This document shows, one piece after another, positions 7,702 through 14,955 of a stretch of DNA of 24,000 nucleotides (position 1 is its first letter; each line of letters begins with the position of its first letter). Position numbers and translations under genes: made by a program. Below the pieces are notes generated by a model. That model was not told the origin of the DNA. It ran no database searches and saw only the letters and a list, made by a program, of their open reading frames with translations. The DNA is from Microcoleus sp. B6-A1 (lineage in GTDB: Bacteria > Cyanobacteriota > Cyanobacteriia > Cyanobacteriales > Microcoleaceae): NCBI GenBank assembly GCA_036705085.1, contig JAUBTU010000002.1, one strand, 5' to 3'.

Positions 7702-8154
7702 TCAAACACTAACAGTTTCCCGCAACTTCTCAACTGCAACATCCAGCGGAGGCAAAGCAAAATCCTCAGCATCCATCAATTCCTTAACCTTCTCAAAAAT
7801 CTCAACCTCCGCCTCTTCTTGGTCTGTCAGCTTATCATAAAAATAAGGGTCAGTAAACCACTGTTCAAACGCTATCATTAACAAGCCATTGGGTGAAAGG
7901 TCAAACCGCCAATACTTAGAAATTCTGCTGTCAACCACTTCAAACATCGGCGCCGGATTATGGATGGGATAATAGCTATAATTATCATTGCAGATGTAGT
8001 ACCAAATAGTCCCTTTCCATTCTCGGATAGCATAAACAACATATTCCTTGCCTATAGTTAGCGGTAACTCAACCTTTCTAGTGTAACCGCGTGGCGGATC
8101 TATATATTCTTCAGGAAGAGATTCACCAGTCTTAGCAATACAACGAATTTTCAT
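7702..8154 (-). CDS. Hypothetical 150-aa protein, downstream member of duplicated cassette (copy 1); candidate immunity-like partner
   Basis: Intact ORF, paralogous to 8559..9011. It starts 11 nt after the stop of the 102-aa ORF. The C-terminal tail is acidic. No family is recognised with certainty. Confidence 0.6.
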   Translation of the reverse strand: MKIRCIAKTGESLPEEYIDPPRGYTRKVELPLTIGKEYVVYAIREWKGTIWYYICNDNYSYYPIHNPAPMFEVVDSRISKYWRFDLSPNGLLMIAFEQWFTDPYFYDKLTDQEEAEVEIFEKVKELMDAEDFALPPLDVAVEKLRETVSV

Positions 8155-8165
8155 AACTTGATTAC

Positions 8166-8474
8166 CTACAGATTTTTAGGGGCTGTTTTGGGATACTGTC
8201 GCTTGAACTTAAACTCCACATCTTGAAGAGTCTGACTGTTCCGAAACCAATGGACTTGTACGGAAGCTCCATTAATTTCAAAAGCCTCAATACTTGTCAT
8301 TTTATCCCAATCTTCAGCATTCCCGCCATAAACAGCAATAAGTCTCCGTGCATCGCCCAACAGTCTATCTGTACCGCAATGAATGACTATGCAATTACCA
8401 GCCTTAGCATCTTCCAGGAGCAATTGCTCCGGCAAATTTCTCGGACTCTCATCGGGAATAGCACCTTGATTCAT
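8166..8474 (-). CDS. Hypothetical 102-aa protein, upstream member of duplicated cassette (copy 1); candidate orphan toxin-like C-terminal module
   Basis: Intact ORF with an ATG start, paralogous to 9023..9331. The pattern 'NLPEQLLL.DAKA...LGD..R....YGG...DW.KM.......G..V.VHWFRN..T...VEFKFK' resembles C-terminal modules I recall from polymorphic toxins. This rests on memory, not a search. Confidence 0.55.
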   Translation of the reverse strand: MNQGAIPDESPRNLPEQLLLEDAKAGNCIVIHCGTDRLLGDARRLIAVYGGNAEDWDKMTSIEAFEINGASVQVHWFRNSQTLQDVEFKFKRQYPKTAPKNL

Positions 8475-8558
8475 AGTTTAACAGTTGCAGATGTTATTTG
8501 TCAAAAAGCTGTTTGAATCAACGGCAAAAGACTAAATTTACCTTCCCACTTTCTCAAC

Positions 8559-9011
8559 TCAAACACTGACACTTTCCCGCAACTTCTCAACTGCAACATC
8601 CAGCGGAGGCAAAGCAAAATCCTCAGCATCCATCAATTCCTTAACCTTCTCAAAAACCTCAACCTCTGCCTCTTCCTGATCCGTCAGCTTATCATAAAAA
8701 TAAGGGTCAGTAAACCACTGCTCAAAAGCAATCTCTAACCGCCCATTCGGTGCTAGTTCAAACCGCCAATACTTAGAAACTCTACTATCAACCACCTCAA
8801 ACAGCGGTGCAGGATTCTGCATGGGATAATAGGTGTAGTTATCGTCACAGATATAGTACCAAACATTACCCTGCGATTGGTAAAGAGCGTAGACAACATA
8901 TTCTTTGCCAAGCGTTAGCGGAAATTCCACTTCTTTCGTAAAATAGAACTCAGGCTTGAGGTAACTTTCAGGGAGAGCATTACCTGTATTGGCAATACAG
9001 CGAATTTTCAT
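8559..9011 (-). CDS. Hypothetical 150-aa protein, cassette copy 2; candidate immunity-like partner
   Basis: Paralog of 7702..8154. The last ~57 residues are nearly identical to copy 1, while the N-terminal ~90 residues are much more divergent. Confidence 0.6.
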   Translation of the reverse strand: MKIRCIANTGNALPESYLKPEFYFTKEVEFPLTLGKEYVVYALYQSQGNVWYYICDDNYTYYPMQNPAPLFEVVDSRVSKYWRFELAPNGRLEIAFEQWFTDPYFYDKLTDQEEAEVEVFEKVKELMDAEDFALPPLDVAVEKLRESVSV

Positions 9012-9022
9012 GTTTTTTATAA

Positions 9023-9331
9023 CTACAGATTTTTTAGTGTAGTTTTAGGATATGTACGTTTGAATTTAAACTCAACAGTTTGGGCAGTCTCGTTATTTCT
9101 GAACCAATGTACTTCAACAACTGCTCCCTCAATTACTGCGGTTTGGGAACTAACCATTTTAACCCAATCACCGACTTTGCCCCCGTAATTAGCGACCAAT
9201 CGGGGAGCATCTCCCAACGGCTTATCTGCACTGCCTAGAATTCGTTTGCCGACGCTAGCTTTAGCATCTTGCAACAGAAGTTGCTCCGGCAAATTTCTCG
9301 GACTCTCATCGGGAATAGCACCTTGATTCAC
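9023..9331 (-). CDS. Hypothetical 102-aa protein, cassette copy 2 (GTG start); candidate orphan toxin-like module
   Basis: Paralog of 8166..8474 with gapless alignment. The first 20 residues are identical, the centre is divergent, and the 'VHWFRN...VEFKFKR.YPKT' end is conserved. Confidence 0.55.
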   Translation of the reverse strand: MNQGAIPDESPRNLPEQLLLQDAKASVGKRILGSADKPLGDAPRLVANYGGKVGDWVKMVSSQTAVIEGAVVEVHWFRNNETAQTVEFKFKRTYPKTTLKNL

Positions 9332-9357
9332 AATTTAACAGCTTCAAATATTGTTTG

Positions 9358-10775
9358 TCAAATACCATAAAAACTAATTTTAGCAGGTTCAGTTTCCGCC
9401 AGCAACTTTCCCCGCGAAATCACATAGCGAACCGCAGCGCGCATCCTAATTGCATCATAACAATCCTCAGCGTCCAACACAATCAAATTAGCAGGTTTCC
9501 CCGCCTCTATCCCATAATTATCATCTCCCAGATTGAGAGTTTTAGCACCGTTGACAGTGACCATATCAAAACAAGCTGCAATCTCAGCCATTCCCGTCAT
9601 CTGACAAACATGAACCGCCATATGAGCGACATCCAACATATTTCCCGTACCTAAACTATACCAAGGATCTTGCACACAGTCGTGGCCAAAACTCACATTC
9701 AATCCCTGCTGCCACAACTCCTTAACTCGCGTCACCCCACGGCGTTTGGGATAAGTATCAGCGCGGCCTTGCAGGGTGATATTAATTAAAGGATTGGCGA
9801 TGAAATTAATTCGCGATTTGGCCAAACTTCCCATCAGCTTAAAAGCATAAGCATTGTTGTAAGAACCGAAAGCCGTCGTGTGGCTTGCAGTCACCCGCGA
9901 ACCAGCCCCGCTTCTAATCGCACAAGCCGCTACAACCTCCAAAAATCTCGACTGTTCATCATCGATTTCATCGCAGTGAACATCTATTAATCTATGGTAT
10001 TTTTCAGCAAGTTCAAAAATTCGCTCAACCGACTTCACCCCATCTTCCCGCGTCAACTCATAATGCGGAATCCCGCCCACAGCATCCGCACCCATATCCA
10101 GAGATTTCTCTAAGAGTTTGTCATTTTCTGGACTTCCGTAAATCCCGTCTTGAGGAAAAGCCACAACTTGCAGAGTCATCCAATCTTTGACTTGTTCACG
10201 AACTTCCAAAAGTCCTTGCAAAGCAGTCAGCGTCGGTTCGCTAACATCAGCGTGACTCCTGACAAACAAAATCCCTTGAGACGCTTGCAGCTTTAAAGTT
10301 TCTACAGCCCGTTTTTTGACATCATCCAGAGTTAAACATTGCTTGCGTTCCCCCCAGATTTGAATACCCTCGAACAAAGTGCCGCTTTCATTCCATCGCG
10401 GTTCCCCCGCAGTCAATCGATTTTAGATTTTAGATTTTAGATTTTAGATTTTAGACTGAAGCATTGACCCCACGGATAAATTCGGGGGGCAAGTTTCATC
10501 GGATACAGGTTTTTATTTCTCCACCGATGAATCCGGGGGCTTGTATCCTGGATGCTTTCAGTCAAAGCCGAATCGAGATGAATGTGCGAATCCACAAAAG
10601 GAGGACTAACTAAATTGCCTTGAATGTCGATTTCGCGTTCGCCAAGTTCTGATACCCGATGCGAAACGGCGACTATTTGGTCATCCTCGATAGCAATATC
10701 AACCGTTGGGCGATCATCGCCCGCACCTAACAAACGACATTCGCGCAGAACAATGCTATACTTTTGCTCAGGCAT
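9358..10775 (-). pseudogene. codA: Cytosine deaminase interrupted by a 149-bp insertion (fragments 10437..10775 and 9358..10416 lie in different frames)
   Basis: The fragments align collinearly with E. coli CodA as I recall it. The N-fragment has 'PPFVDSHIHLDSALT'. The C-fragment has 'AGEPRWNESGTLFEGI...DVHCDEIDDEQSRF...VTASHTTA...GHDCVQDPWY'. The N-fragment runs into the inserted sequence and stops inside a heptamer array. Confidence 0.85.
10410..10565 (-). mobile_element. MITE-like insertion (142 bp) in codA, flanked by a 7-bp direct repeat TTGACTG; includes a (TAAAATC)x5 array
   Basis: On the plus strand, cagtcaa occurs at 10410-10416 and 10559-10565. Between them lie ttttaga x5 (10421-10455) and ~100 bp with internal imperfect repeats (gcccccggattcatcggtgg / gccccccgaatttatccgtgg on the gene strand). 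Removing 10417-10565 restores ...GCT TTG ACT GCG GGG GAA... in frame. Confidence 0.75.
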
Positions 10776-10884
10776 GACAATTGCAGCTATTTTAATACTT
10801 GTAAACTTTATCCTTCCTAGTTGCGATTGGGCCTAGTGATTCCAAAATAATTCCCCAATCACTTGCGAACCCCCTCCTTCTCCT

Positions 10885-10915
10885 CCTCTGCGTCCTCTGC
10901 GCCCTCTGCGGTTAA
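10885..10915. repeat. Short tandem CCTCTGCG-type repeat ending CCCTCTGCGGTTAA (dispersed element, copy 1)
   Basis: Reads cctctgcg t cctctgcg c cctctgcg gttaa. The same terminal 14-mer recurs at 11546-11559. Confidence 0.85.
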
Positions 10916-10968
10916 AAAATCTTACTCAAAAATCACCAAAAAGAAAGCGCAACTACAAATCGCCAACA

Positions 10969-11499
10969 TCAGACAATCTCAAACTCCAGATTGTGATTTT
11001 TCACAAAATCAAAAGTAAAATGGTCAACCACATTAGTATCGCTCAATTCCAGATTGTAAAAATCAACAAAATCCGCATCAAAATACGGCCCAGCGTGCCA
11101 AGTCCCCACATCTAACTTAATAAAACAATTGCCCGGAATCCGAAAAGCAGCCATATCCTCTAAACTCGGTTTATCGCTATCCCCAGGAGGCGCAACCGCC
11201 ATCAACCAATCCTTCCCATCCAAAGAACCCAAACACTGAGTACATTCAACGTGCCGCGTAATTTTGCGAAACTTGCGACCTTCCTTATGGAGCCGCATAA
11301 TGTAAAATCTAGGAACACCATTTTGCAAATTTAACTGAGCATCCTCAGCATCGAAAGACTTGCCATCAACAGCCGTAAAGATAACTTGACCGTAACTCCG
11401 AAAATTCTCCCGTGTCACCCATTGGGCAAACAACTGCTTAGTCGAAATTGATTCGCTCATAAATCCCAACACCCCCTCCCTGCTTTCCATCAAAAGCAT
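10969..11499 (-). CDS. Ureidoglycolate lyase/hydrolase-family (AllA-like) cupin protein
   Basis: 176-aa ORF with 'PRFYIMRL', 'ITRHVECTQCLGSL' and 'GTWHAGPYF', motifs I associate with the AllA-type fold. The true start may be the internal Met ('MSESISTKQ', near 11460). Confidence 0.55.
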   Translation of the reverse strand: MLLMESREGVLGFMSESISTKQLFAQWVTRENFRSYGQVIFTAVDGKSFDAEDAQLNLQNGVPRFYIMRLHKEGRKFRKITRHVECTQCLGSLDGKDWLMAVAPPGDSDKPSLEDMAAFRIPGNCFIKLDVGTWHAGPYFDADFVDFYNLELSDTNVVDHFTFDFVKNHNLEFEIV

Positions 11500-11529
11500 T
11501 TTAATACAGTAACTCCTCTCTCTTCTCTT

Positions 11530-11559
11530 CTCTGTGCCCTCTGTGCCCTCTGCGGTTAA
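11530..11559. repeat. Short tandem CTCTGTGCC repeat ending CCCTCTGCGGTTAA (dispersed element, copy 2)
   Basis: Reads ctctgtgcc ctctgtgcc ctctgcgg ttaa, directly abutting the cobB stop codon. Confidence 0.85.
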
Positions 11560-13098
11560 TTAAATAAAAAAATCCAGTTCGCTTTCTCGATCGCCCAAAA
11601 CACCCTTACAATCAAACTCAGCACACTGCTGCAAAAAACGAGCCGGAATATCAGGCCGAGCACCCCAATGCAAATGCAAATAAGAAGCGTGTACCTGACA
11701 AACTCCCCAACCTTCAGCAACCGCCTCAACCTCCCCCCGCTTCCCATACCTCCAACTGTGATAAACTGGATTACTCGGTTCAACAGTTAAATGCGATCGA
11801 TGAAACTCATGTCCCCAAACCTCATCAAAAGCAGTTAACACCAAACTATCCCTCACCGCCACCGCTTCTCGGTATCCCAGCGTCAAACGCTTTCCCATCG
11901 CAGCAGCAGTTTCCAACACACCCACCCCTGGCCAAGAATTGCCATCGAAGTCTACAATAGAATCGCACAAATACATCAAACCGCCGCACTCCGCATAAGT
12001 CGGCATTCCCGAAAAAATCGCACTTCTTACCGCATCCCGAATTAAAACATTACCGCTCAATTTTTGAGCAAACACTTCGGGAAAACCACCACCAAAATAT
12101 AACCCTTGCACATTGTCAGGAAAAACCGAGTCATCAAGAGGACTCCAAAACACCAACTGGGCACCCAACTCTTCCAACAAATCAAGATTGTCCTGATAGT
12201 AAAAATTAAAAGCCCGATCGCGCGCAACCGCAATCCTCACTCCAAATTGTTTTCCCAAACAGTTGACAACATCATTTTTTTGAGTTACAATTCCCGAAGG
12301 GAGACTGTGCCTACCCGAAAGTTGCTCAGACCCCTCACCCCCCCCATTTCGAGTTGCAGCCAACAAAGGCAAAAGTTGCTCCCAGTCAAAACTAACAGCA
12401 GCCAAATCAGCCAGTTTATCGATCGCAGCATGAAGATTCGGCAACTCCTCAGCAGGAATCAGCCCCAAATGTCGATCGGGAATAGTAACAGCCTCATCCC
12501 TACGCAAAACGCCCAAAATAGGTAAATTGATCGGTTTGAGAGCATCTTGAAGCAGTTCCAAATGTCGATCGCTCGCCACCCGATTCAGCACCAAACCAGC
12601 GAATTTAAGGTCAGGGTTAAAAGAACGAAAACCGTGGGCGATCGCAGCCACAGAACCAGAGAGCCTGCTGCAATCTATCACAAACAATACCGGCAAATTC
12701 AGCAAATAAGCCACATGAGCCGTAGAAGCAAAGGAAAAATCATAATTGCCTTCTTCTTTTCGATAATTAATCCCTGTATCCGTGTCGTGCCTTTGTGATT
12801 CCTGATTCCTTCGACTCACTCCATCAAATAGTCCCATCACCCCTTCAACTAAGGCATAATCGACATCTTGAATATGACGATAAAAACACTTTTTTACATA
12901 AGATTCAGACGTTAATACCGGGTCTAAATTCCGACAGGGGCGACCAGTAACAAAAGCATGAAACATCGGGTCAATGTAATCCGGGCCTACCTTAAAAGAC
13001 TGAACATTCAAGCCGCGACGGATTAAAAAAGCTAAAAGGGCGATCGTCACAGTAGTCTTTCCCGCACCGCTGCGTTCGCCAGCAATTACTAAAGCCAT
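11560..13098 (-). CDS. cobB: Cobyrinate a,c-diamide synthase (CobB/CbiA)
   Basis: N-terminal 'ALVIAGERSGAGKTTVTIALLAFL' P-loop. C-terminal glutamine amidotransferase-type region with 'YAECGGLMYL' and 'GHEFH'. At 512 aa, the length and order fit CobB/CbiA. Confidence 0.88.
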   Translation of the reverse strand: MALVIAGERSGAGKTTVTIALLAFLIRRGLNVQSFKVGPDYIDPMFHAFVTGRPCRNLDPVLTSESYVKKCFYRHIQDVDYALVEGVMGLFDGVSRRNQESQRHDTDTGINYRKEEGNYDFSFASTAHVAYLLNLPVLFVIDCSRLSGSVAAIAHGFRSFNPDLKFAGLVLNRVASDRHLELLQDALKPINLPILGVLRRDEAVTIPDRHLGLIPAEELPNLHAAIDKLADLAAVSFDWEQLLPLLAATRNGGGEGSEQLSGRHSLPSGIVTQKNDVVNCLGKQFGVRIAVARDRAFNFYYQDNLDLLEELGAQLVFWSPLDDSVFPDNVQGLYFGGGFPEVFAQKLSGNVLIRDAVRSAIFSGMPTYAECGGLMYLCDSIVDFDGNSWPGVGVLETAAAMGKRLTLGYREAVAVRDSLVLTAFDEVWGHEFHRSHLTVEPSNPVYHSWRYGKRGEVEAVAEGWGVCQVHASYLHLHWGARPDIPARFLQQCAEFDCKGVLGDRESELDFFI

Positions 13099-13294
13099 AG
13101 TTCTAGGTTATTCACAAAAAATACATATTTAACGAACCGCGAAGACGCGTTAGGCGAAGCCGCGCGTAAGCGCTAGGGCGCGAAGGAAGAATGAGAAGAA
13201 GAGAGGTAATTTAGTGGCTTTTGGGAAGTAATTTAGAGTTTTGAGTTAAATAACAGGATTAATTCAAAACTCCTAACTTAAAATTCATAACTCC

Positions 13295-13323
13295 TAAAAA
13301 AGTAGGGCAGACATTGCCTGCCC
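13295..13323 (-). terminator. Intrinsic terminator downstream of opcA (end of the fbp-tal-zwf-opcA transcription unit)
   Basis: The minus strand reads GGGCAG gcaatgt CTGCCC followed by tactttttt. The stem occupies 13305-13310 / 13318-13323 and the T-tract is the plus-strand A-run 13296-13301. Confidence 0.7.
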
Positions 13324-13383
13324 CACTGAATATTAACTCAATCCGTCTTGCTTATTCCTTTCTCCTTTCTCCTGATTCCATCC

Positions 13384-13410
13384 ATCCGTTACATCCGTTA
13401 CATCCGCTAC
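13384..13410. repeat. 9-nt tandem repeat ATCCGTTAC x3
   Basis: Reads atccgttac atccgttac atccgctac, just downstream of the opcA stop. Confidence 0.9.
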
Positions 13411-13433
13411 ACAATCCGTTGCCGAACTTCTTT

Positions 13434-14798
13434 TTACCGCTTAGCCAACTTCAGCATTTGAGCCGTCACTGCCAAACTTTCTTCGTAAAGCACATCTCGG
13501 CCCCAACTCTGCAAGTGCTGGCCCAGCAACTGTTCCGTCACCTGATCGAACAGAGGACTCACCTGGTTAAACCGATCGGTTTGAGCGCCGCCCTTCGTTT
13601 CCATCCGCATACAGCCACCCGCTTCCGAACACAGCACTGTACCGCAGTCAGCCTTCTCGTTCGTAGAATTCAAACGCAGAGCAATCAAATCGCCCGCGAC
13701 ATCGCCCGAATCAGCAGTAGGAATAGCAGCCAACTCGGCTTCGACAACGCGTTCGTCCGGCCCGGCGAATTTAATTCGCTTGATGTGGTAATCGCCCTCT
13801 TCCTGTTTGAAAGCAACAGGACGCCACTGAAGCCGACTCGCCAGCCAACCCAAATACATCAGCGCTTGCGTAGAATTGTCCTGTTCGTAATCGATCGTCA
13901 CCCGATCAATTTCCCGAATCGCAGCGCGACGTTCCGGGGCGTCAAAAGCCTCAGCAGCCAACTCCTGCCACGCGGCCAGCCGGCGCCAATTGAGATCCGC
14001 GATCGGAATTCCCTCCTCGATCAGACTTTGCATCAACAGCAATTCCGCTTCACACTCGGCAAAGCTGCTAGAGTCAACAATCACAGAACTGCTAACTGCC
14101 GCCAGCCGCTGGAACAAACCTCGATCGGCATCAGGATTCGCCTTCCACCACAGCAGCGTCGGCAAATCAGCGATAGTCAACGCCGTCACGATGCCGCTCA
14201 CCCGTTCCAAAGCAGCTTCCGTACCGCGCAGCGTAATGTACTCGCAGCAGATCAGATTGCCACTGGTGCGCTTGTGAACCGGACAATAAGCAGCCACTTG
14301 AGCCTGCACGCCCGTATCTTCCCCCGCCGTCGGACACAGAGCAATAATCCGGCAGGGATTGGCAGCCACGATCGCGTCAGCCACGCCCGAACCCCCCGAA
14401 CCCAAACCACTCGATCCCATCTCCTCGCCATTGGAATTTTTGCGAGCCACTTCTTCCCGCAAAGTCGCCAGCAATTCAGCGTTAGCTTTGCCAGTTCTCG
14501 GCAGTCCGTAAGCTTTTTGAGCAGCCCTGATGCTAGATGCCGTCATCGGCCCGGTAATACCGTCCACCGGCCCGTCGTAAAACCCTAGATCCGCCAATAA
14601 CCGCTGAGTTTCTTCGGGTTCGTAGACTACAAAAGTAAAAGTTGTTGCCCTACTAGCGATCGGAAAATCGCCCTTCGACCCCGATTCTCTGTAACTTTCC
14701 CAAATTTGACTCAATTCGGCCTCTATTTGGTCGATCGACACATCTTTAGGACTTTGTAGCGAAACCAGAGGCGGAGCTTTCATCGGTGTCATCGTCAT
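13434..14798 (-). CDS. opcA: Glucose-6-phosphate dehydrogenase assembly/activator protein OpcA, carrying an internal peptidoglycan-binding-like (PG_binding_1-type) segment
   Basis: 454-aa ORF directly downstream of zwf, the conserved cyanobacterial order. The N- and C-terminal regions are OpcA-like. The internal 'LGFYDGPVDGITGPMTASSIRAAQKAYGLPRTGKANAELLATL' matches the PG-binding repeat pattern. Confidence 0.85.
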   Translation of the reverse strand: MTMTPMKAPPLVSLQSPKDVSIDQIEAELSQIWESYRESGSKGDFPIASRATTFTFVVYEPEETQRLLADLGFYDGPVDGITGPMTASSIRAAQKAYGLPRTGKANAELLATLREEVARKNSNGEEMGSSGLGSGGSGVADAIVAANPCRIIALCPTAGEDTGVQAQVAAYCPVHKRTSGNLICCEYITLRGTEAALERVSGIVTALTIADLPTLLWWKANPDADRGLFQRLAAVSSSVIVDSSSFAECEAELLLMQSLIEEGIPIADLNWRRLAAWQELAAEAFDAPERRAAIREIDRVTIDYEQDNSTQALMYLGWLASRLQWRPVAFKQEEGDYHIKRIKFAGPDERVVEAELAAIPTADSGDVAGDLIALRLNSTNEKADCGTVLCSEAGGCMRMETKGGAQTDRFNQVSPLFDQVTEQLLGQHLQSWGRDVLYEESLAVTAQMLKLAKR

Positions 14799-14911
14799 CG
14801 GTTTTTTCTCCTTTGTCAGTTTTTAGTCATCAGTGATTGGTCATTAGTTCAGTAGTCCTGGAGATCAGAAAATTTTAGACCCTAGTTTAAGCTCTCAGAT
14901 TCATCTGTCCA

Positions 14912-14946
14912 GTAAATCTAAAATCTAAAATCTAAAATCTAAAATC
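14912..14946. repeat. Heptanucleotide tandem array (TAAAATC) x4 plus one variant copy
   Basis: Reads gtaaatc taaaatc taaaatc taaaatc taaaatc in the zwf-opcA intergenic region. On the plus strand it is the reverse complement of the array read at 10421-10455. Confidence 0.95.
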
Positions 14947-14955
14947 GACTGACTC

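Larger units (their letters stand above)
7696..9367. repeat. Tandem direct duplication (~857-bp period) of the two-gene cassette
   Basis: Stop codons at 7702 and 8559, and start codons at 8474 and 9331, are each offset by 857 bp. Sequence similarity extends ~35 bp upstream of both start codons (…tttgtcaaa…). Confidence 0.9.

Noticed and set aside
8475-8510. TTGACA-N17-TTAAAC/TTAAAT promoter-like motifs directly upstream of both 102-aa ORFs (also 9332-9367)
   Set aside because: The -10-like hexamer ends 1 nt before the start codon. A transcript initiated from it would begin inside the ORF, and no downstream in-frame start is nearby. It is kept only as part of the duplicated unit, not called a promoter.
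11460-11499. N-terminal 13 codons of the AllA-like ORF
   Set aside because: The upstream extension ('MLLMESREGVLGF') overlaps repeat-adjacent sequence and is probably not translated. My hand indexing around 11458-11463 also did not reconcile perfectly with the track frame. I therefore kept the track coordinates and only flag the alternative start.
12106-12798. Plus-strand ORFs of 139 aa and 83 aa
   Set aside because: They are antisense to cobB/cbiA, and their products are basic and low-complexity. No support beyond being open.
13099-13295. Possible cobalamin riboswitch upstream of cobB
   Set aside because: The leader contains 'agccac' but lacks the rest of the B12-box and the conserved core stems I would expect. 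It is instead made of repeat-like G/C blocks and two 15-nt direct repeats (attcaaaactcctaa / attcataactcctaa).
13314-14588. 424-aa plus-strand ORF
   Set aside because: It is entirely antisense to the well-supported opcA gene. The product is low-complexity and rich in R/P/S/H/Q ('HPLHPLHPLH', 'RRRTQSNN'), with no recognisable motifs. This is a typical shadow ORF of a GC-balanced gene.
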